Assembly: GCA_033764955.1 (NCBI GenBank)
Contig: JANRIL010000023.1
Coordinates: 32,001 to 96,000 of the forward strand
Direction: 5' to 3'
Length of the DNA stretch: 64,000 bases
Origin: Cyanobacteriota bacterium
GTDB lineage: Bacteria; Cyanobacteriota; Cyanobacteriia; Thermostichales; Thermostichaceae
The notes under the pieces are model-generated. The model made no database searches. It was given only the letters and a program-made list of their open reading frames with translations, and was not told the origin of the DNA. Numbering within the stretch: the first letter of the stretch is position 1; every line of letters begins with the position of its first letter. A program made the position numbers and the translations under genes. This document shows positions 50,070 to 58,448 of the stretch, one piece after another.

Positions 50070-51056
50070 ATGACTGAAGTAATGAAACCGGATCAGTTAA
50101 CGTCGGAGCCATCGGTTGCTAACGCTATTGCGGTAACGGGGCTAAGCAAGACCTATCGCACCGGATTTTGGCTCAACAAAGTTGTGAGACCGTTGCAAGA
50201 TTGTTCCTTGACGGTGGCTCAGGGAGAAACCTTTGGCCTATTGGGGCCGAATGGAGCCGGAAAAACCACTACCATCAAATGTTTGTTGGGAATTGTTCAG
50301 CCCTCGGCGGGATCCGGATCCCTGTTGGGCAGGCCGTTGGGGGAGCGCCAGATCAAGCAGCAGGTGGGGTATCTGCCGGAAAATCCTTACTTTTATGATT
50401 ATTTGACCGCTTGGGAGTTTTTACAGTTTGCCGGTCAGATTTTTCAACTGGCTCCAGCCCTATTGCAGGAGCGGATCCCGGCGTTGCTGGAGTTGGTGGG
50501 GTTACCGATAGATGTGGCTCGCAAGCGGCAATTACGCACCTACTCAAAGGGAATGCTGCAACGCACAGGCATGGCACAAGCCCTGATCAATGATCCCGCT
50601 CTCGTCTTTTTGGATGAGCCAATGTCGGGGTTAGATCCGATGGGGCGCTATCAAATGCGGGAAATCATTCTTTCGCTGAAAAAACAGGGGAAAACCGTCT
50701 TTTTTAATAGCCATGTCTTAGCCGATGTAGAGGTGATCTGCAATCGGGTGGGGTTGATTATCGGCGGCAAGCTGATTCGGCAGGGATCCCTAGATGAGTT
50801 GCTGGGACATTCGGAGGTCTACCAAGTCAAAGGCTATGGCGGCAATGTCCAGGCGGTGCGAGAGCGTTTTCAGGGGCTTGAGCAGCAGGGAGATCGTTGG
50901 CAGGCAGAATGGTCGGGATCCCCGTTGGATTGTGTTCAACTGGTGCAGGAGGCGGGGGCAACGTTGACGGATCTGCATCGGCAACGGCCTAGTTTGGAGG
51001 AGTTTTTTATTAGTCAGGTGCGGGCGCATCAACACCCCGATCACCCTACCGATTGA
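50070..51056 (+). CDS. ABC-2-type transporter ATP-binding protein
   Basis: GPNGAGKTT, YSKGMLQR, LDEPMSGLDP. No permease adjacent. Confidence 0.9.
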   Translation: MTEVMKPDQLTSEPSVANAIAVTGLSKTYRTGFWLNKVVRPLQDCSLTVAQGETFGLLGPNGAGKTTTIKCLLGIVQPSAGSGSLLGRPLGERQIKQQVGYLPENPYFYDYLTAWEFLQFAGQIFQLAPALLQERIPALLELVGLPIDVARKRQLRTYSKGMLQRTGMAQALINDPALVFLDEPMSGLDPMGRYQMREIILSLKKQGKTVFFNSHVLADVEVICNRVGLIIGGKLIRQGSLDELLGHSEVYQVKGYGGNVQAVRERFQGLEQQGDRWQAEWSGSPLDCVQLVQEAGATLTDLHRQRPSLEEFFISQVRAHQHPDHPTD

Positions 51057-51072
51057 GAGGGATGGGGCGGGA

Positions 51073-51873
51073 TCACGCTTCAGCGGAGAGGGAAGAACTT
51101 TCGGTTTCGTCCGGTTTGCCCAAATAGGCTTCGATCACCCGTGGGTTGGCCTGCACTTGGGCGGGGGATCCCTCCGCAATTTTGATGCCATACTCCATCA
51201 CACTCACCTGATCGGAAATCTCCATCACCACCTTCATGTCATGTTCGATCAGCAGGATGGAGAGTTTGAGATCGCGTTTGAGGCGGTCAATCAGACGGGT
51301 GAGTTCGGCGGTTTCTTGGGGATTCATGCCAGCGGTCGGCTCATCTAAGAGTAAGAGCTTGGGATCCGAGGCCAAAGCACGGGCAATTTCTAAGCGCCGT
51401 TGATCACCGTAGGAGAGGTTCATCGCCTGATCTTCAGCTTTTTGGCGACCCAACCCCACAAAATCCAGTAAATCGAGGGCTTTCGCCTTGGCGTTAGCTT
51501 CCTCAGCTTTGACCCAACCGGGGCGCAAAAAAGCTCCCCATAGTCCTGCTTTGAGACGGCTGTGCTGCCCAACCAGAACGTTTTCTAAGGTGGTGAGGTT
51601 GCTAAACAGGCGGATATTTTGAAAGGTGCGAGCAATGCCCAAACGCACCAGCAGGTGGGGTGGGGATCCCGTGATGGCTCGTCCCTCAAACATCAACTGC
51701 CCCTTGGTGGGGGTATAAACACCCGTAATCATATTGAAAAAGGTAGTTTTGCCGGCTCCGTTCGGACCAATCACGCTGGCGATCATCCCCCGTTCAATAG
51801 CAAAGTCGATTTGATTAACAGCGGTTAAGCCACCAAATTGTTTGGTTAGTTGGATTGCTTCAAAAAAAGCCAT
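51073..51873 (-). CDS. livG: Branched-chain/neutral amino acid ABC ATP-binding protein (LivG/NatA-like)
   Basis: GPNGAGKTT, RTFQNIRLF, LSYGDQRRLEIARALA, IEHDM, VIEAYLG. Confidence 0.9.
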   Translation of the reverse strand: MAFFEAIQLTKQFGGLTAVNQIDFAIERGMIASVIGPNGAGKTTFFNMITGVYTPTKGQLMFEGRAITGSPPHLLVRLGIARTFQNIRLFSNLTTLENVLVGQHSRLKAGLWGAFLRPGWVKAEEANAKAKALDLLDFVGLGRQKAEDQAMNLSYGDQRRLEIARALASDPKLLLLDEPTAGMNPQETAELTRLIDRLKRDLKLSILLIEHDMKVVMEISDQVSVMEYGIKIAEGSPAQVQANPRVIEAYLGKPDETESSSLSAEA

Positions 51874-51937
51874 ATCAATCCTGATCTCCTTGCTCAGCAA
51901 CAGCCATCATCCCCTGAATCCTTCCCTGTTGTTATGC

Positions 51938-53524
51938 TCAGTGGGATCCCGAACCGGAGGAACTGATCGCCGTTTCTTCGGTTGCTGGAACCTCCCCATT
52001 GGGATCCCCATGATGTAACTCTGCCCGCCGCGTCGCGCTGGGAATCAATCCTTCCGGTCGCACTAACATCATGATCACCAGGGTCAGGCCAAACAAAAAT
52101 AGGCGCATCTGAATCGGGTCGATGCTGGTGCTGATAAATTCTTGCCAAGCCGGACTGGGAATGTTGGGCAAAATTGAGGTTTGTAAAACTTTTTTCAGAA
52201 CCTGCGCCAGTTGGGGGAGGTAGAGGCGATCCGCCCCCATGATGATAAAGCAGCCCAAAAGCACCCCCGTCATGTTGCCCAAACCCCCCAAAATCACCAT
52301 ACACAGGATAATCACCGATACTGAAAAATCAAACACCGTCGGGAAGATGGCGCGGATATAGGAGGCATAAAAGGCTCCGGCAAAGCCTGAAAACGTTGCC
52401 CCCATGGCAAAGGCCATCAGTTTGGTTTGGACAAGGTTAATGCCCATCGTGCTGGCAGCCAATTCATCCTCCCGCATGGCCGCCCAGGCTCGTCCGATCC
52501 GGCTTTGCCGCAACCGTCCAATCGCAAACAGCGCCATCACCACCAACGACAGAATCAAAAAGTACCAGGGCAGATAGTTACTGGAGGTAAATGACCCGAT
52601 CAAAGGCAAACTGGGGCGACCAATCGGGTTAATGCCTGCTTCTCCCCCCGTCAAATTGAATGGTTCTTCACAGCCCACCCAACAAATCACCCACTCCGGT
52701 CGATTGAAGAGTCCTCCCAAAAAAGCGCTGATCGGTTCATTCAAGCGAATGCTTGTCAAGTTGCGAAATACAATCGGCACAATCTCGCCAAAACCAAGGG
52801 TGACAATCGCCAGATAGTCTCCCCGTAGGGGCAACGTAGGGGATCCCAAGGTGACCCCCGCCAGCGCCGCCACTGCTGCTGCGATCCAGATAACAATCCA
52901 AAAATTCCACTGCAAGCCCAACTGAGGGGAGGAGAAAAAAGCGGTGGTATAGGCTCCGATGGCAAAAAAAGCCGCATAACCCAGATCTAATAATCCGGCA
53001 TAGCCCACCACAATATTGAGACCAAGAGCCAGCATGGCAAAAATCAAAATTTGGATGACCGTAGCAGTCCAACCCAGCCCAGCCCAATAGTCAATCAACG
53101 GATACAGCACGGCAAATCCGGCCAATACCCACTTGTTGTTGCGTTGGCGATGCTCAGGCAAACCCTGGAGGGATCCCATCCCTAAACCCGTCAGATAGGC
53201 TCCAATCAGCGTACATCCGGCAAACACCACGGTTTGTAGCCAGCTAAGCGCTTCTTCACCTGCCGCCGGCAACAAAACTTGAGCCTCGATCACCGTCGCC
53301 ACCACCCCGACCAGTCCGAGGGTGAGTCCGGCCAGTTGCCCCACCTGTGCCCCTCGGCGTGGGGATCCCAGATCGGGCGTCCAATAGCAGGCCACATGAG
53401 CCGCCGCTGCCCCCAAAATCGCTCCGATCACCACGCTACTCCATCCGCCAAACAGCAGAATCGTTAAAGCAGCAATCAAGCCTAAGAGCAATCCGGCTTT
53501 GGCCGGGGCAGACAGATGAAGCAT
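51938..53524 (-). CDS. livM: Branched-chain amino acid ABC permease (LivM-like) with N-terminal TM extension
   Basis: LGLNIVVGYAGLLDLGY, LRGDYLAIVTLGFGEI, AMREDE, RPEGL. Confidence 0.88.
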   Translation of the reverse strand: MLHLSAPAKAGLLLGLIAALTILLFGGWSSVVIGAILGAAAAHVACYWTPDLGSPRRGAQVGQLAGLTLGLVGVVATVIEAQVLLPAAGEEALSWLQTVVFAGCTLIGAYLTGLGMGSLQGLPEHRQRNNKWVLAGFAVLYPLIDYWAGLGWTATVIQILIFAMLALGLNIVVGYAGLLDLGYAAFFAIGAYTTAFFSSPQLGLQWNFWIVIWIAAAVAALAGVTLGSPTLPLRGDYLAIVTLGFGEIVPIVFRNLTSIRLNEPISAFLGGLFNRPEWVICWVGCEEPFNLTGGEAGINPIGRPSLPLIGSFTSSNYLPWYFLILSLVVMALFAIGRLRQSRIGRAWAAMREDELAASTMGINLVQTKLMAFAMGATFSGFAGAFYASYIRAIFPTVFDFSVSVIILCMVILGGLGNMTGVLLGCFIIMGADRLYLPQLAQVLKKVLQTSILPNIPSPAWQEFISTSIDPIQMRLFLFGLTLVIMMLVRPEGLIPSATRRAELHHGDPNGEVPATEETAISSSGSGSH

Positions 53525-53876
53525 GGAGTTAGGGATCCCTCACAGAGCAATGACAACATTCTAAGGATCATCTGACTAGATGGGTGATTTTGGCTTCAAT
53601 TTGCACAATTCAGCTACCCCAATGGATCCCCTTACCTAAACACCTTTTCCGATGGTAGATCACCTCAAACTCAGCACTAGCGACTCTTAGCCGTCTGCTG
53701 CATTTGAATTGCTTAGACAACCCAGAGAAACCAAAACCCTATACTGGAAGTTCAACTATGGAATAGCCACTCCTCATTTTACGTAACTAAAGTCATATTC
53801 CAGTTTCAGATTGGTGTCTCTCAGAACGAGTAGTAGAAAAAGCTGAAAATAAGTCGAACACCACTACACGACTCGG

Positions 53877-54953
53877 TTACACCTTCTCCTGCACATTTTC
53901 ACCCAACAAGCCCGTTGGTCGAAACACTAAAATTACCACCAAGATCAAAAAGACCCAGGCATTCGTCCAGCGACCCGACAGATATTGATCGCTGAGCGCC
54001 GCCAACACCCCAATCAAAATACCCCCCAGCATCGCCCCCACAATGTTGCCGATTCCCCCCAACACTGCCGCCGTAAATGCCCTCAATCCAGCCGTAAAAC
54101 CCATCGTAAACACAACTGTGTTGTTGTAAAGGCTCACCAACAATCCTCCGGATCCCGCCAAGGCACCCCCAATCAAAAAGGTGAGGGCAATGATTCGATC
54201 CACGTTAATGCCAACAATTTTGGAAGCATCCCGATTTTGTGCTGTAGCTCGCATCGCCTTGCCCAGTTTAGTTTTTTGTACAAACAAGTTGAGGCTAATC
54301 ATTAACACCAAAGCCGTTACCAAAACAACCAGATCCTTGGTGGTGAAAGTAATATTCGTTTGCAGCCCAATTGCCTGTAAAAGGTCAATCCGTGGTAGCA
54401 GATCTGGAAAACTTTTTGGGGCAGCCGCATTGCTGCCCATCAACGGAATAAACGACCGTAAACCTCCCCAAAATAACCCTAGGTTTTGAAAGATAAAGGA
54501 AACACCAATGGCTGAGATTAGAGGAGCTAGACGAGGGGCATTACGTAAAGGACGATAGGCGTATCGCTCAGTAATCACATTCAATAAGGCACAAAAACCT
54601 GCGGCTCCAATTAAGGATATCAAGATGGGTATGATAGCAGACTGAAACGATGTTTCATCCCCCACCCCTAAAACACTCATAATTGTCAGAGCCATAAAGG
54701 CACCGAGCATATAAAGATCACCGTGGGCAAAGTTAATCAATTCGATAATGCCGTAAACCAGCGTATAACCCAAGGCAATGATGGCAATAATCGCTCCATT
54801 GGTAATGCCCACTAAGAGCTGCTGCACCAACAGTTGAGGGTTAGCCACAATATCTTGGATGATACGGGCAGGGTCAAATCCGGCTAGCTGACCCAACAAC
54901 AGGGTGAGATAAATCACCACTACCAAAAGCAAACTTTTCTGCCAGTTTTTCAT
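53877..54953 (-). CDS. livH: Branched-chain amino acid ABC permease (LivH-like)
   Basis: ALGYTLVYGIIELINFAHG, GKAMRATAQ, AAVLGGIG, FRPTGLLG. Confidence 0.9.
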   Translation of the reverse strand: MKNWQKSLLLVVVIYLTLLLGQLAGFDPARIIQDIVANPQLLVQQLLVGITNGAIIAIIALGYTLVYGIIELINFAHGDLYMLGAFMALTIMSVLGVGDETSFQSAIIPILISLIGAAGFCALLNVITERYAYRPLRNAPRLAPLISAIGVSFIFQNLGLFWGGLRSFIPLMGSNAAAPKSFPDLLPRIDLLQAIGLQTNITFTTKDLVVLVTALVLMISLNLFVQKTKLGKAMRATAQNRDASKIVGINVDRIIALTFLIGGALAGSGGLLVSLYNNTVVFTMGFTAGLRAFTAAVLGGIGNIVGAMLGGILIGVLAALSDQYLSGRWTNAWVFLILVVILVFRPTGLLGENVQEKV

Positions 54954-55375
54954 AACGGTTATTGCAAGAGATTGAAGAAATTTTCATGAATGGACAAACT
55001 ACCCTAACAGCTAGATGGAGGCCATCGCTGAGCTGCGACCCATGGAAGGATCCCTCAACGGGAATTCCTAAACAATAGCCATGCAAAAAGCAATGTTAGG
55101 AGATTTATCTTCAGGAGATCTTTAGGATAATACTCCCTCTCCTGGCTGTTAGCTCAGGTAACCCCAATATTTGCTTGGGCTAGCCAAACAATGGGTGTTT
55201 CGCAAATAAGACTCTCTCACCTTGCTTGCTTGTGGACAGGTTGTTGGTAATGAACGATACTTTTCTCAAAGAAAATTCACAGGGATCCCTGGCACTTTCG
55301 TCAAGCCCAATACCTTCTTACCCTCGGATCCCCGCCTAGCATTTGAGCAGAGCAGAGGAATGGAGAAGGAAGCTC

Positions 55376-56386
55376 ATGATTTGCATCCCGAACAAGAGGA
55401 GGCAGGGATCCCTACTCTGGGAATCTGTCTTCTGGCTGATGGGTGGCTTTGTGGTTGGGACTCCAGGGGCTGAGGCATACCCAAAAACCTTTCAAAAAGG
55501 GATTGTTCAGTCGGTTGAAAATGGCGACACCATTTGGGTGAAATTACCCGAATCCGGCAACAGGTTGGTGCAGGTGCGCTTAGCCAATATTGATGCCCCC
55601 GAGATGGGTCAATACCCTTGGGGAGAGTTATCCCGACAGGCACTGGCCGCTCGGCTCCCCCAAGGACAGGAGGTGATGCTCAACACCCGCTATGTCACGC
55701 CGGATCCCTTGCATATTGCGGAGGTGTATACCCCCAAAGGCTTAATTAACCTGCTGATGCTCAAGGAGGGGCAGGCTGTTCTGTATGGGTATCATTTGCC
55801 TCCTAGCTCGGATCTCAGCTACTACCAGGCAGCTCAGTTGGGGGCGCAGACCGCCCGCCTTAACTTTTGGGATCAAGCCCAGCCGGAAATGCCCTGGGAT
55901 TTTCGCGCCAGTCAACTGTCAACCAGCACCTATGGAAGTGTTCCATCCGCAATTCCTTTCTGGAATCGGGTGGTTGATGCTCCCCTAGCCCCCGTGGGAT
56001 TTGGACTGCTAGCGCTCCTGATGGTGATCGGATCGGCTTCATGGATGAAGCAGAAGATGTTAAAAGCCTTGCCTTCAGTCTCTCTCTCCCGCCAGGAATG
56101 TCAGCGGTCACTGCTGCATAGTCTAACTCTACAAAAAAAATTGGAACGGCTACTGGATCGAGCCAAACAAGAGGAACATCGTTGGCAGGAGAGACTAGCC
56201 CTAGCCTTGCAGCAAGAAAATCTTCCCTTGAGTGAAACCTGCCTCACCCAGAAAAATCGCCATAGCCAAACGATCAACGATCTGCAAAGCTCCTTAGAAG
56301 AGGTGACGAGAGACGTGACCCACTGGCGAGAATCTCTTATCCAGGCCGAACAGCCCGTCAGCCATCTGACTCCACCTCAGACCTAG
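55376..56386 (+). CDS. Thermonuclease (SNase)-like domain + TM + PspA/Vipp1-like coiled-coil fusion
   Basis: Signal peptide (AEA|Y); NGDT, VRLANIDAPE, INLLMLKEGQA, PWDFR; TM GFGLLALLMVIGSA; C-terminal WQERLALALQQ. SD-like GGAGAAGGA before ATG 55376. Confidence 0.8.
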   Translation: MICIPNKRRQGSLLWESVFWLMGGFVVGTPGAEAYPKTFQKGIVQSVENGDTIWVKLPESGNRLVQVRLANIDAPEMGQYPWGELSRQALAARLPQGQEVMLNTRYVTPDPLHIAEVYTPKGLINLLMLKEGQAVLYGYHLPPSSDLSYYQAAQLGAQTARLNFWDQAQPEMPWDFRASQLSTSTYGSVPSAIPFWNRVVDAPLAPVGFGLLALLMVIGSASWMKQKMLKALPSVSLSRQECQRSLLHSLTLQKKLERLLDRAKQEEHRWQERLALALQQENLPLSETCLTQKNRHSQTINDLQSSLEEVTRDVTHWRESLIQAEQPVSHLTPPQT

Positions 56387-56515
56387 GCAACAATTTTCCC
56401 TATCTTCATCTCACGATTGAACAAGCTTGGCCAGAACCCTATCTCGCTCACTAATGAAGGGAATAACTGTATTGGTCACTGAAAGTTTCCTACTCAAATT
56501 TCCAATCAACGTCTC

Positions 56516-58213
56516 TCAAGGATAATGTTCAGGTAAGGTGTGGGTTGGAGAGACTCGCCAAAGATGATTCAGTTGATTAGCTGGGAGTGTTAAATATAAA
56601 ACGTCACCCGGAGCTAGTTGTGTTTCCAAAAGCTGCCAACTGTGTAAGGTTTGGTTACGGCGTTCTAAATAAAGGGGCACAAAATCGATACCCGTGGCAG
56701 CTTCTTTAACTTGTCGTCCACAAAAGGCGTGATTTTCGGTAATTAAAGTGGCTAGAGCCACCCAAAGACTATTGGCAATCTGACCATTTCCTAAAATTCT
56801 GCCTCCCAAAGCGGCTGCCGCAAACGTAGGAGCCACCAACTCTGCAGGACTCAAAACAGCCTCAAACTCAAAAACATGCTGAACCTTCCGTGCAAATAAG
56901 GGATCATGATTACGAGCGACCACACGAATACGGGGAGCTAATCCCTTGCTAGCTAGAGCTATTTCCAGGTTGACGGTGTCGTTACTTGTGACCGCAATGA
57001 TGGCTTCTGCCTGTTCGATATTCACCATTTGCAAAGTAGCAGATAAGCTCGCATCCTCAATTAAAACGGGGATCCGCAAAGAACGAGCTGTATTGAGAAA
57101 ACGACAGTTAGGATCTTGTTCAATCACAACCACTTCATGCCCTTGTTGATGCAAATAGATAGCAACATGAACACCAATTCCCCCCAATCCGCAAACAATA
57201 TAATGATGACGTTGTGGCACACGAGCTACATCCCAAAACTGTCGCAAACGGGTTCCTAAAACAAAATCATTGAGGAGGGCATAACAAATACCAATAATTG
57301 CTGCTCCGACTAGCATCATCAGCACTGTAAAAAGTTTGATGGATAGAGGAGCACTCTCAACTATATCGTCTTTTCCACCAGCTCCCGTAATCATCCCCAC
57401 CGAGAAGTAAAGAGCATCAACGAAAGAGGTATTGAGGTTGCTAAAAATGTAGGTAAATGTTGCTAAGAGAATAGTCAATAATAGAATTAATATAACTCCC
57501 AAAATAGGCTGTTCATATTCACGAAATCGTTGCAGGCTAATCATAAATCGCACCAAAGGAGCGCGCCATGATCCCCTCTGGGAATGGGTCTTTGGCTTGC
57601 TACCAATCAGCAAGCGATCTCCACTGTGAAGGGTTTGTCCTTTAATCACCGCCGAAACTAAATCAAGGGATTCATAGATAGGCAGGTAGTAGAGCAACAT
57701 TTGATTTGGATTGTCCCAAAGCTCACTTAGTTTTTTGCCCTTCCAGGGGTGATCTTCATCGATCAATTCCTCATGAATTGGCCAGGTTTTCCCAAATAAT
57801 TGCAGTTGTCCAATGGCTTGGTTTCCCATCGCCGCAAATGAGAAAATGGGGGCTGCCAATGCCGCAACACTCATGGAAAAATGATCAGTTAATGTCCGGT
57901 CTAGATGCTCCCCTAAACTACTATCAAAAATTCGATTAATCACTCGAATTCGAGGATTTAGGAAGCGCGCCTGGACTAAAATCGCTAAATTGAGGCTGTG
58001 ATCAGCCCCTGCCAAGATTAAGGTCTGGGCAGAACGGATCCCGGCAGCAAGTAGGGTTGTGGAAGCACGGGGATCCCCAACCACGATATCTTCTGACTCG
58101 GAGGCAAGCGGACAATCGCTAATCCCTTTCACTAGGGATCCCTGTTGCCGAAGCAGGCGAAAAATCTTGTAGCCAGTGCGACCCATGCCGCAAACAATGA
58201 TTCGAGGATCCAT
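56516..58213 (-). CDS. Potassium channel-like protein with TrkA/RCK domains
   Basis: Two Rossmann motifs (IVCGMGRTG, IVCGLGGIG) flank a 2-TM pore segment DALYFSVGMITGAGG. Confidence 0.85.
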   Translation of the reverse strand: MDPRIIVCGMGRTGYKIFRLLRQQGSLVKGISDCPLASESEDIVVGDPRASTTLLAAGIRSAQTLILAGADHSLNLAILVQARFLNPRIRVINRIFDSSLGEHLDRTLTDHFSMSVAALAAPIFSFAAMGNQAIGQLQLFGKTWPIHEELIDEDHPWKGKKLSELWDNPNQMLLYYLPIYESLDLVSAVIKGQTLHSGDRLLIGSKPKTHSQRGSWRAPLVRFMISLQRFREYEQPILGVILILLLTILLATFTYIFSNLNTSFVDALYFSVGMITGAGGKDDIVESAPLSIKLFTVLMMLVGAAIIGICYALLNDFVLGTRLRQFWDVARVPQRHHYIVCGLGGIGVHVAIYLHQQGHEVVVIEQDPNCRFLNTARSLRIPVLIEDASLSATLQMVNIEQAEAIIAVTSNDTVNLEIALASKGLAPRIRVVARNHDPLFARKVQHVFEFEAVLSPAELVAPTFAAAALGGRILGNGQIANSLWVALATLITENHAFCGRQVKEAATGIDFVPLYLERRNQTLHSWQLLETQLAPGDVLYLTLPANQLNHLWRVSPTHTLPEHYP

Positions 58214-58448
58214 AGGGCAATGGGAGTAACATCCTCCTAAAACTCTAGCGCGATCCGCAGAATCCACAACTACCCGGTGGAGACAAGAAGCGCGGCCAAC
58301 GGACAAAGTTCAAACTGTTGAGTCAGCCTCCCCCCATCAATTGCCCAAAATTACCCCATTTGGATAGTCTAAATATCCACAGCCCACATAACCATAAAAA
58401 GGGCTTCTCCTGCTGAGGACACCATCCATCAACACTCGTGAATTTTTT

